DNA of 34,361 nt from Reclinomonas americana ATCC 50394 (lineage: Eukaryota). The notes beneath the pieces were generated by a model. It saw only the letters and a program-made list of their open reading frames with translations. It searched no databases and was not told the DNA's origin. Made by a program: the position numbers and the translations under genes. The stretch is taken from the NCBI GenBank assembly GCA_048213135.1, contig PS015204.1:1-34361 (forward strand), read 5' to 3'. This document shows, piece by piece, positions 1 through 11,231 of the stretch; positions within the stretch are counted from its first letter, which is position 1, and each line of letters starts with the position of its first letter.

Positions 1-206
1 AAGGGGAAGGGGAAGGGGAAGGGAGGGCAAGGGGAAGGGAGGGGAAGGGGAAGGGAGAGCGCACAGCAAGAGAGATACAAGAGAGCAGGTTTGCAAAAAG
101 CGTAAACCAACAGAAACGAGAGAGAATGTGCTGGTGGAGGTAGTGAGGCGAGATGAGGGCGGAGTAAGAGAAGGCAGGAAGAATCGGGAGGCAGAGGGGA
201 AAGGCG

Positions 207-265
<59 letters not shown>

Positions 266-400
266 GAGAGAGAGGAGAGAGGAGAGAGGAGAGAGAGAAG
301 AAGAGAGACAGACAGACAGGCAGACAGACAGACATTCAGACAGAGAGAGAGAGAGTGAGACAGAGAGAAAGCAAGAAAGAAAGAAAGAAAGAAAAAGAAA

Positions 401-431
<31 letters not shown>

Positions 432-461
432 AAGATAGAAAGACAGAAAGACAGACACACA

Positions 462-497
<36 letters not shown>
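207..497. repeat. Compound microsatellites (AGAC)n, (AG)n, (AAAG)n, (AC)n, probably intronic
   Basis: Directly visible. Similar (AG/CT)n and (GGA)n tracts occur at 977-1263, 2390-2653, 26888-26932 and 34255-34356. Confidence 0.95.
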
Positions 498-1173
498 AAG
501 CACGGCAGGAATGTTGAGAAGGAGTTAACGAGATAGAGCACACAGCAAAGCGAGAAGAATTCGGTGCGCAGATGTGATTCGAGAGAGAGAGAACAAGTGG
601 AGAGAACACGGCCAGCGAGAGATGTCTGAGTGGAGCTTGAAGACAGAGGAGAGCAGAGAGAAGCCAGAGCGCACAATAAGAGAGGGAGACCTTGGCGGGG
701 AGTTGATAAGAGAGCGCACCGCCAAAGAGATGCAAGCGAGCAGGGTTGCAGGAGGGCTATGTGGAGAGCAGACAAAACGAGAGACGAGGGAGGGAAGCGG
801 CTTCTCGTATCTCCCTCCACCAAATCTACTCTCACGTCTAACCTGTTGTGCACTCTCCTCCCTCTTCTTTTCCTTCCTGCTCTCTACTCGCTTGCATCAA
901 TGCATGTGTCCCTTCTCCATCCGGTCCTCTCTCCTTCGCAAAAAAACCGAAGTCTGCTTATTTCTTTGGCTGCTTTCTCTCTCTCTCTCTCTCTCTCTNN
1001 NNNNNNNNNNNNNNNNNNNNNNNNNNNNNNNNNNNNNNNNNNNNNNNNNNNNNNNNNNNNNNNNNNNNNNNNNNNNNNNNNNNNNNNNNNNNNNNNNNNN
1101 NNNNNNNNNNNNNNNNNNNNNNNNNNNNNNNNNNNNNNNNNNNNNNNNNNNNNNNNNNNNNACTCTACTACTA

Positions 1174-1265
<92 letters not shown>

Positions 1266-1300
1266 CTTTTCCTCCCTTTCCCATCCCACCCCCCACTCAC

Positions 1301-3195
1301 ATCTATGCATCCTCGTCTCGGCGGCCACCACGCTAATGGCTTGCGGCACGTTGCGACGCTTCGGCTGCGTGGGCGCGCCACCGTGGCCAGCAGCAGGTCT
1401 GGAAAAGTCCAAGTTCTCCATAATCTGCGCCGTCGTTGGCATCGGGAACGCCTGCAGCACCGCCATGGCTCCGTTGCAGTCCAAGTCAACTGGGGTGTCT
1501 TTCTGCTCCGAGCGCATGAGAATGATATTGAGAGAGAAAGCGGTGGAAAGGTATCAAAACGCAACTCTTGTCGGCGGGGATGTGGACCACTCCTGCAGGG
1601 GATCGAGTGAGATGACATGGAGGAGAGCGGGAATATAAGGAAGGGACGCAACGACGAGATCATACAACAATATCAAAAATCGATGCTTGGCATCGGCTGG
1701 ATCCACCGACTCGGAAATGCCTTCGTAGGCCTGGTGGAGGAAGGGATGGTGGTGAGAAATAGAAGGAAGGGAAGGAGAGGGGAAAGGAGAGGAAAGAGGA
1801 AGAGAAGCGCGAGACAAATGAGCACGGTTTGAGGATTACTCACTCAAGATGATCATCACGATGCGGAGAGTGACACACATCGAGCTCTTCGCGGACAGGC
1901 AATGCTTCTCTCACCTTCAACAACCTCTTCTCCCACACGGCAATCAACGCGTCAGACACATACTCCCTCGAATCCACAATAATCCGTATCCTATTGCGTG
2001 GAATGAAATCGGCGATTCGTGTTCTGCAGCAGAGGAGATGTTGAGTGCACGACCCTTCCCTTGCCCCAGCAAGCAGGTGCTGTCGAACCTTACAAAACCC
2101 TCCTTGTGGGTGGCCGGTACGTGCCGCCCAAACGAGGCCAACAGGTGCATCGCCGACAAGCTCAACACCTCCGCATCGGTGAGATTGTATCGATCCGACA
2201 GCAAGTCATCGACGCCCTGTTTGTACACCAAGTCCACCAGCGCCTGGTCCGTTTGGTACAGCGGGTAGGTGCCCATCAGAGGTTCTCGTCTGAGTTCCAC
2301 GCGGAAGTTTTGGTCGAAGACTTCGCGGAGGGCTGACCAGTCGTCTGGATGGGGAAAGGGAAAGGGAAAGGGTGAGTGAGGGGGACAGAGGGGGGGGGGG
2401 GGGGGAGGAGGGGAGGAAAGGAGGGAGAGGGAGGAGGGAGGAGGGAGGAGGGAGGAGGGGAGGAGGGGAGGAGGGGAGGAGGGAGGAGGAGGAGGAGGAG
2501 GAGGAGGAGGAGGAGGAGGAGGAGGAGGAGGAGGAGGAGGAGGAGGAGGAGAGGAGGAGGAGGAGGAGGAGGAGGAGGAGGAGGAGGAGGAGGAGGAGGA
2601 GGAGGAGGAGGAGGAGGAGGAGGAGAGGAGGAGGAGGAGGAGGAGGAGGGAGGNNNNNNNNNNNNNNNNNNNNNNNNNNNNNNNNNNNNNNNNNNNNNNN
2701 NNNNNNNNNNNNNNNNNNNNNNNNNNNNNNNNNNNNNNNNNNNNNNNNNNNNNNNNNNNNNNNNNNNNNNNNNNNNNNNNNNNNNNNNNNNNNNNNNNNN
2801 NNNNNNNNNNNNNNNNNNNNNNNNNNNNNNNNNNNNNNNNNNNGGGAGAGAGAGGGAGAGGGAGAGAGAAAGAGAGAGGGAAGAGGGGAGATGGAAGAGG
2901 GGAAGAGGGGAAGAGGGGAGAGGGGAGAGGGGAGAGGAGAGAGGGGAGAGGGGATGGAGATGGCGCGTGTGAGGGTGAGAGCGAGGAAGGGTTGAGAGGC
3001 ACACACGAGAGATGGGAAAGGGAAAGAGTGAATATGAGAAGGTGCGTGCGTATGCAATGAATCAACGAGAGAAGAGGCAGAGTAGAGTGATATACTGGAG
3101 AATGAACATGAGGGATCGATGGCAGCGAGGACGAATGAAGGTAATCAGCGAGGCAGGGGAATGAGAGAGCCACCACTAAGCAGCCACGGACAGAC

Positions 3196-3233
<38 letters not shown>

Positions 3234-4122
3234 GGAGATGCACAGGCACGCACACAGGCACAGAGAGCAAGAGGGAGGGAGACTCACCAAACGATGAAAT
3301 GCGCAAATTCGTGTTCCTGCTCATCAGCGATCGCACGGTGGTGTCCACAAGATCCATGATGGGTTGGGTGGGGGAGAGCTGTCGTGGTGGTAACGAGCCT
3401 GCGGGGTGCATGGTGAGGCGGGGAGGGCGAAGGAAGAGAGGGAGAGGCAGAGAGGACAAGGAAATGAAGAGAGAAGAAGGGGAAAGGAAGAGAAGAGAGT
3501 CTTTCGGATGTCATGACGCATATATGCAGCTCATCATGACAGTGTACGAAGTGCGCGTGTGTGCGACAGAGAGAGAGAGAGAGAGAGAGAGCGCGAACAC
3601 AGAGAGGGACGAGAAAGAAGGATAAGCAAGAGCGATGTATCGAGTGAATCAGCGTGCCACGGCTCTTGTGCTCCCTGGACGATGCATGTGTGTGTGTGNN
3701 NNNNNNNNNNNNNNNNNNNNNNNNNNNNNNNNNNNNNNNNNNNNNNNNNNNNNNNNNNNNNNNNNNNNNNNNNNNNNNNNNNNNNNNNNNNNNTCACACA
3801 CACACCTTCACACACGAAAGTGCATCTCCAGTCAAAAAACAATACATCTTCCCTCACTCACTCTCATTCCCCTCTCACTCTCCCTTCCCTTCTTGAACAC
3901 ACACTCACCATCCTTACTGAACAACACAAACGCAAATCCCTCAGTGTGTCTCAGCTCCAGTTTCGCCGCGATATCCTCCAGCACATTCGCTGCAGTCGTC
4001 GTCGTCGAGGAAGAAGAAGAGGAAGCACCGCTGCTTCCGAGTTTCACTGTGCGATAAGAGCCGTCGCAGAAGAAGACGCGGAAGCTCAACACGGGCGAGG
4101 ATCCGGCGGCTGCGGACGACAT
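1301..4122 (-). CDS. FERM (band 4.1) domain protein, multi-exon; 3' part continues toward or beyond the window start
   Basis: ATG at 4122. Frame-consistent exons 3909-4122, 3288-3398, 2089-2344, 1915-2023 and ~1653-1730, with less certain exons down to 1301. The splice product reads VLSFRVFFCDGSYRTVKL...TAANVLEDIAAKLEL..GFAFVLFSKDG/SLPPRQLSPTQPIMDL (F1 ubiquitin-like lobe), then LVDLVYKQGVDDLLSDRYNLTDAEVLSLSAMHLLASFG...IADFIP...WEKRLLKAY...DAKHRFL (F2 acyl-CoA-binding-like lobe). Confidence 0.85.
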
Positions 4123-4160
4123 CTCGCACACTTTTTTCTTCTTGTGTGTGCGCGTGGCCT

Positions 4161-4937
4161 TCCTTTCTCTGCTGCTTATCTCGTCACTGACACAAGAACA
4201 AGAGAGACAGGATATGTCTGCTGCCTGGAGAGACCGAGAATGAATGTGGTCGGGACATTCTTGCGACGTTCATCGATGCTTTGACCGGGCCCAAATGAAA
4301 CTACCAGTGCCTTACGGAATGCAGATAGATGACTTGCAGGATGTCCCGCACGATAAATCATTGAGGAGATTTGCAGCGAGGAACACAGACCTCTGGTTTC
4401 GACGTCGTTCCGATCCGATATTGCAATTGTTTCTCTCACATTTTTTCTTCTCTGTCTTGTCTTCCTTCTCTGCTGCTTATCTCGTCACTGACACAAGAAC
4501 AACGAGGGAGACAGGGTGCGTCTGCTGCCTGGAGAGACCGAGAATGAATGTGGTCGGGACATTCTTGCGACGTTCATCGATGCATTGACCGGGCCCAAGT
4601 GAAACCACCAGTGCCTTGTGGAATGCACAGAGCTGACTTGCAGCATGTTCCGCACGATAAATCATTGAGGAGATTATGCAGCGAGGAACGCAGGCTATTC
4701 GCGATCGATTCGACGTCGTTCCGATCCAATTTTCCTGCGTCTGTCTTGCCTTTCTTCTCTTATGACTTACTTCTTCACTGACACACACACAAGAGAGACA
4801 GGATGCGTCTGCTGGCTGTCGGAGAGAAGGAGGAGAGTTGTAATGGTCGGGACATTTCTGCGACGTTCTTCGATGCATTGAGCGGGCCCAAGTGCAACAA
4901 CAAGCTCATAGAATACAGATAGATGACTTGCAGCATG
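4161..4937. repeat. Tandem array of ~300-bp units (2 full copies plus a truncated, more diverged third copy)
   Basis: TTCTCTGCTGCTTATCTCGTCACTGACAC at 4165 and 4466. GGTCGGGACATT at 4248, 4552 and 4845. GACTTGCAG(G/C)ATG occurs in all three copies, and homology stops at 4937. Confidence 0.95.
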
Positions 4938-7900
4938 GTTGTTCTGCCGAATTGTGGAGGCGAATTGCGTTGAGAACGACACTCTGTGGTCTCCGCACCC
5001 GACGGTGTCCTGCGAGCGCGACGTCGCCGCCGGCGAGCTCGTGTACTTGTTTGATCGTTTGTTTGAGCGAGTGCTGCTGCGGAGTCGGCTGCCTGTTGGC
5101 GGCTCTCGTCCTCGTCACATCCGCGAAGAGTGCACCACCCAGCAACACCTGGTCATCGTTCGCTCCCTCCTCCGCTTGTTCCACAAGCGCCACCACGAGT
5201 CGCCTGCGGCCAAGCCGGCTGACAAGGTGGCGCCTCTTGCCGTCGCCTCTGACCTCCGCTCCGGCTCTCTGCATGCTTCCGTGTCGAAAGACTGGCAACC
5301 TGCTGTCGACCGCCTCTCTGCTGCCATCAAGGCGTTCGTTTGGCGTGGTAGCTACAGTGACATTCGTAGTCGTCTGCTTGCTGCGCTCAACAAGGCCTTG
5401 TGTCTTCACAGTGCGGCAAAGAAGAAGGCTGATGCAACTCGCGCTGCCCTCAACTCCAGCCGCCTGCAGCACCTTCACCGTGTCAATGCCAACAAGGCTT
5501 TCCAGCGTGTCAACAACGAGTTCGAGGTCGAGCGTGGCAAGTGCGCCAACATCCGCTACTCTGGCTCGGTCGACGACACTGTGTCTTTCTACCATCAACT
5601 TACGGCCGCTGTCGACAACCCACCGACTTACTGGCCCGACCTTGAAGATCTCGGCATCGACAGCGAGACCGACTTCCGCATGCCTGACGTTCAACACACC
5701 TTGGCCGCCCAAGAGTCTCCACTCTGCAACACCCCCATGGTCACTGTGTCGAATGTTCAGAAACTGCTGAAGTCGCTCCACAAGGCGGTGGCGACTGGCT
5801 TGGATGGCGTGCCGTACGAGGTCTTCCAGTACTTTGCCGACCGCAAGGGCGACACTGAGGTAATGGGCTGGGTTGACATGGTAGCTGACATCATCCAGAT
5901 TGCTCTGTGGTCCTGCCGTTCGCCGCACGCGATCCGCATGCGCCGCATGCGCATCCACATCTGGAAGGGCAAGGGCGACATCGTCAACGACACCGACAAC
6001 CTCGACCAGTTCCGCCCCNNNNNNNNNNNNNNNNNNNNCAGGTGACACCGGTCACGTTGTCTTCTCGGGGTGTTCCGCAGGGTGATGTCCTCAGTCCTTT
6101 TGTCTACAATGTCATGGCATCTGTGTTCATTCGTGGCGTTCGCGCCCTTCGTGTTGGTTACTCTTTCTGTGATGCCGACATTCGTGTGTGTGTTTCTGCC
6201 TTTGCCGATGATCGTCACGTGGTGGTGTCTTCCGTTCGTGTGAGGCGCAGCTGATCCTGAACACGGCACGACTCGCCACGAGTATGTTGCCCGTGAAGCC
6301 ACCTCCAACGCGGAGACCACCAGCATTCGGCGCTGTACTAAGCGCCTCGAGTACCGCGCTCGAGGCCAGAGATACAGTGGTCTCAGAGATGGCGAGATTG
6401 CCCGTCATGCTAATGGTTGAGGGTGATCTGTCCAAGCGTTCGGCCGAGTGGTCTGGCATTGCCGACAACCCGCAGAAGTCATTGGTGTTGGCTCTGGTCA
6501 GATGCAGGCGCAGAACTCTGTGGCGGAGGAGTTCGATCCCGAGCTGCTGATGGCTGGCACTGCGTTGCGATCCATGTCATCTGTCACTGAGTGCGATCGT
6601 TGGCTTGGCTACCCGTTCTACTCACCGACTCGTACAAGTGAGGCGTTGAAGCAAGTGGCGGAGATGCTGGAGAAGCAGCTCTTCACTCCGATCGAGGCCG
6701 TCAAGCAGTCGTCGTTGTTGCCGCTCCAAGAAGGTGGATGCCGTTCGCCGCTTCGTCCTCCCCAAGGCCACCTTTGTCTTGTCGGCCGTGGAGCTTCAGC
6801 CGGACGTGCTCGCCACAATCGACAGCAAGATCCGCGACAGCATCCGTCTCTGCCTCGGCCTCGACAACGACTCCGGCACTCCCTTCCTCTACACTCCGCT
6901 GTCGAAAGGTGGTCTCGGCCTGTACTCTGTGGTGGAGCGAGCGGCCTCTCTGTTGATCAACTCGGCGGTGAAGCTGTTGACACACCGCCGACTGCTGACT
7001 CGCCGTGTGGCGGAGCACATGCTCCACTGCTCGGTGAAGGCGGCCGGTGGTCGCGTTGACGACTTCTCGCCGTTGCCGACTGCTGGTTTGGTGGCCAAGT
7101 ACCGGCAGACGAACGAGGTCACAGACGTCAATCACCAGCAGCTGCCAGTTGCCACTCCTCAGCGGTATTTCTCTGTGTTGTTGTCTCCTGTTGCTCCTCC
7201 GGCTGGTGCTGCTGCGGTTGCTCCTGGTGCAGGTACTCGGTTCCAAGTGGCCACTGATCCGAATGCTCCTCGCCGCGCTGTTCGCTCCAATCTGATGGGT
7301 GTTGCTCTCGGGCACGCTCTGAAGTTGGGTGTCAGTGAGGAGGTACCGCACTCGCACTGTCAAGTCGCTGCTGCCACTCACGACGTGCTCACCGTTGTGG
7401 GTCAGGGCGATGTCACCTTTTCCGCGTGCCCCACCAACCGCCGCACTTCCTTGCCACTCACGAGTCCCCACACGCGCACAGTGTTGTCATGGCTGCCGCT
7501 CACAATGTGCTCACCATGCTGCTGCNNNNNNNNNNNNNNNNNNNNGTGTGGTGCCTTTGTCGACTCTCTGCAGAAGGCTGCTGCTGGAACCCATGACGTG
7601 GTGGCTCACCGAGAAGGAGCAGCGCTTCCTGTGCAGGATGCTGACCAACTCCATCATGCTCAACAACAAGGCGGCGGTCTTCAGCGGCAACCCTGGTGGC
7701 CCTGTGCCCACTCTGCGGCAAGGAGTCGGAGTCGCTTGGCCACTTGCTCAACGGCTGTGAAAAGCTGAAGGGCTTGTGGACGTCGACGACGTGTCACGAC
7801 AACGTGCTTGACGTCCTTCAAGCGGCTCTGGTGCGGCGCCCCAAGGTGGACGGTGTGTGGAGTGCCAGCTGGTGCGCGAGTGTGTCGACGTTGACTTGCT

Positions 7901-8673
7901 GCCTGCGGCGGTGGACTTTGCCAACCACGCCAACTTGGCCAGGCTCAAGCCGGACCTCACCCTGGTTCATACCAGAGAGGGGACTGGTGAGATCTGCTCG
8001 GTCCAGGTGGTGGAGCTGACGTGCCTCTTCGCCAACAAAGACTCGGTCAAGTCTGCTGTCAACGGCAAGAAGGCCAAGTACGACTCGTTGGTCAAGGCAA
8101 TCAAGCAGAAGGTCAGCGATCGGGCCAAGGTCGAGCTGGTGGTGCTCCCTGTGACCTCGATTGGCACGGCATCGGCCTTGGTGTCGACTGGCCTCCGTCG
8201 TCTCGGCGTGCGCAACGTCCGACAGTGCATCTCTCGCCTTTGCACGACAAGCTTACGTACAAGTTACTCGATGTTTGTTCAACGATGCAAGGGAGTGGGT
8301 GGTGCACAGGTTCAGGCCGGAGTGCAAGCTGTACCCGTGGGTGTGGTGTAAGGGAAGTAACAGTTCCCCAATGCTTGCCCCACTGTTCTTCTTGATATGA
8401 TCAATGTTTCTTTGTCTTCTTCGTAGTTACCGCGATGGACGTCTTCTGGTGGTCACTGCTGACGAAGTCTTCTTCCTGGCCTGGAGGCCGTGTGTTCTGA
8501 ATAGGGCTTTATTCTCAACATCGACAACACTTAAAACAGTTTTAGTTGTAGAAGGAAAGCACACGAGACTTGTTGGCGATCACTGGTAGATGCTTATTGT
8601 TGTATTTGTCAGGGAAGTTTCTATTATTGAAGCACTGATGCGACAACAATGACAACAACAACAACAACAACAA
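4938..8673 (+). mobile_element. Non-LTR retrotransposon with C-terminal restriction-like endonuclease (R2 group; HERO/NeSL-like), 5'-truncated, ending in an (ACA)n tail
   Basis: Intronless RT-zinc knuckle-RLE coding region, a ~290-bp 3' UTR, then (ACA)n at ~8643-8673. Confidence 0.9.
4939..8351 (+). pseudogene. Frameshifted RT-CCHC-RLE polyprotein of the non-LTR element
   Basis: Motifs in order across frames: ATGLDGVPYE (RT0), IWKGKGD..DQFRP (RT1-2), GVPQGDVLSPFVYN (RT4), SAFADD (RT5), GIADNPQKS (RT6), RWLGY (RT7), LYTPLSKGGLGL (thumb), CPLCGKESESLGHLLNGC (CX2CX8HX4C), CHDNVL, KPDLTLV...VVELTC...KKAKY (RLE). Several frameshifts and no in-frame ATG at the 5' end. Confidence 0.9.
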
Positions 8674-9862
8674 CTGCGCACACCACCAGCCACCACCGAT
8701 ATGAGCCTCACCAACAACATAACAAGCTCTCTTCTGTTTCAACCACGTCACACCTCCACTGCTTTTGCTTTGCCTGCTTCGAATTCACGGATCCGGACCC
8801 GGCTTTNNNNNNNNNNNNNNNNNNNNNNNNNNNNNNNNNNNNNNNNNNNNNNNNNNNNNNNNNNNNNNNNNNNNNNNNNNNNNNNNNNNNNNNNNNNNNN
8901 NNNNNNNNNNNNNNNNNNNNNNNNNNNNNNNNNNNNNNNNNNNNNNNNNNNNNNNNNNNNNNNNNNNNNNNNNNNNNNNNNNNNNNNNNNNNNNNNNNNN
9001 NNNNNNNNNNNNNNNNNNNNNNNNNNNNNNNNNNNNNNNNNNNNNNNNNNNNNNNNNNNNNNNNNNNNNNNNNNNNNNNNNNNNNNNNNNNNNNNNNNNN
9101 NNNNNNNNNNNNNNNNNNNNNNNNNNNNNNNNNNNNNNNNNNNNNNNNNNNNNNNNNNNNNNNNNNNNNNNNNNNNNNNNNNNNNNNNNNNNNNNNNNNN
9201 NNNNNNNNNNNNNNNNNNNNNNNNNNNNNNNNNNNNNNNNNNNNNNNNNNNNNNNNNNNNNNNNNNNNNNNNNNNNNNNNNNNNNNNNNNNNNNNNNNNN
9301 NNNNNNNNNNNNNNNNNNNNNNNNNNNNNNNNNNNNNNNNNNNNNNNNNNNNAATGTGGTGAATGAAGTGTTTTTCCTCGCGATCGGTCATCATCCATGG
9401 CATGGCCAACAAGCACATCGGTCATGCAGCAAGGCAATCAGCAGCAGGTGGTGTCCCACAGACCTGAAGGCGGAGAAGAGCGAGGGCGATAATGTGCTCA
9501 CACACAGGATGGCGGAGATCGAGAGCCATGTCGACGTCCGACACTCTGAGGGAAGATGTCTGTTGGAGAAGATTTATCTATGTGCTGATTATTGTTGGTG
9601 TGCCAATGGTCATCGTCGGCAAGGGATTTGTGGACATTTGTCGCATTATTGGAATGTGGTGAATGAAGTGTTTTTCTTTCTGATCATCTGCATGTACGTA
9701 AGGGATGCGGACATGTGCATATGGTTCTTCCGCTTCTTTGTCAATGAAGTGCACGTGAGTGAAGTATATTGCTAATATGTGCCGGCGGTGAAAGAGCGTT
9801 CATAACTGCAAGCTCAAGGCCGCAGCGCGGCCACCACGTCGCGATCGCGCAGAAAATAGAAT

Positions 9863-10554
9863 TCAACTGTTCGATCTGCTGTCCATCATTTGCAAAGCAC
9901 CAAGTCTAGCACCGACGGCATCGATGCCGCCATCGCCGCCAGCAGGAGCGCCGCCGTCACCGCCAGCAGGAGCGCCGCCGTCACCGCCAGCAGGAGCGCC
10001 GCCATCGCCTCCAGCAGGAGCGCCGCCATCACCGCCAGCAGGAGCGCCGCCATCGCCGCCAGCAGGAGCGCCGCCATCGCCGCCAGCAGGAGCGCCGCCG
10101 TCACCGCCAGCAGGAGCGCCGCCGTCGCCGTCACCATGTATACCACCGTACGCAATCAACTTAGTCAGCAGAGCGTGAATGACAGGCCGCTGAGCAGGGT
10201 TGCCGGCCGCGACTGCGGCGTTGGTGGCGGCCGCGACGTAATTGTCGTTCAGAACAAATTGTTGGATTGCAGCTCTGTCGGCGACGGCTTGCACTTGGGT
10301 TTTGGGCTGAATACTGATTGCGGTTGTGTCGTGGTCTTCCAACGCAGCATAAAAAAGAATTGGGAGTCCCAGCCGCGCCCACATGCGACGTCGGACAGTG
10401 CCAGCTTGTATTTCGGTCATGTATGCTCCTCGCTCGATGGTGAGATTGAGACAGTACATGTCCGCGTTGGGATTGGCAGTCATGTACAGAGCGACAGCGC
10501 CGCGAGCCACCGAACGCTTTCCGTGATCATCAACAGCTGTCTGCATGATGTCGC
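9863..10554 (-). CDS. Accessory ORF or last exon of unknown function, with a (GGAPAGGD)8 C-terminal tail
   Basis: 227-aa ORF preceded by a CAG acceptor at 10555-10557. The repeat-unit variants are all synonymous in this frame. Confidence 0.6.
9926..10126. repeat. 24-bp coding minisatellite, 8 copies
   Basis: Unit GCCGCC(A/G)TC(A/G)CC(G/T)CCAGCAGGAGC. Confidence 0.95.
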
Positions 10555-10913
10555 TGAGGGGGAAAACAAAGCGGAAAAAACACCGTGAGCATGCACTGTC
10601 TGATCATATGAATACGTACAGTTTTAGCTCACTTTCGCATCAACGTCACATGTACGTATACGCATCGTTGTGCAACCAGAACAGATAACGAAGTGATGTC
10701 ACACGAGAGCGGAAGCGGGAAGTGCAAGAGTGCAAAGGAAGACGAGAAAAGGCCCTGGCACGGCACGCACACACATCCACGCACGACTGCATAAGCGCCA
10801 TGGCCGTTCACGTCGGAAAGGACAGATACAACAGCTCACCGCCTGCTCACCTTTATATTTTCTCAACGACTGAACAGATCAACAACGGAAATGCAACAAG
10901 AATTGTATTGGGG

Positions 10914-11000
10914 GACATTGTGGGGGACGCAATACACCATTGACCACATTGTGGGGGACGCAATACACCATTGACGCAATACACCATGGCCATTGACCAC
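10914..11000. repeat. Short tandem duplication (31-bp unit x2 plus partial copies)
   Basis: ACATTGTGGGGGACGCAATACACCATTGAC occurs twice, followed by GCAATACACCATGGCCATTGACCAC. Confidence 0.9.
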
Positions 11001-11231
11001 AAGTACACCCCCAAATGCGTCCAGGTATGCACGACGTCTGTGAAACTCGGAGGAGTTGGTAAACGTTTCACAACAATTCTCGCTGTCGTGAAATTGTTGG
11101 CCGCAGTCGGCTCGGAACGCGGTCGCACAACGTCGCACTGCAAACCCGCAACGACGTTCAGCCAACTGTCAGTATCGCGAAATCGTCGACCGATGTGCCT
11201 TCTGTATGCTCAAACATTGTACGTAAATCGT

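Noticed and set aside
128-3625. Long ORF-track entries made of ERER, SLSL, poly-P/E/G or X runs (also 17896-19047, 21266-22270, 31558-32103)
   Set aside because: These are translations of microsatellites, minisatellites and N gaps inside introns.
4906-6048. 380-aa minus-strand ORF (also 29164-30090)
   Set aside because: Antisense shadow of a GC-rich coding frame with no recognisable motifs.
8440-8500. CTGACGA in the retroelement 3' UTR as a hammerhead core
   Set aside because: No suitably placed GAAA or the three required stems could be found.
10914-11000. CRISPR-like appearance of the 31-bp repeats
   Set aside because: The repeats are head-to-tail with no unique spacers, there are no cas genes, and the context is eukaryotic.
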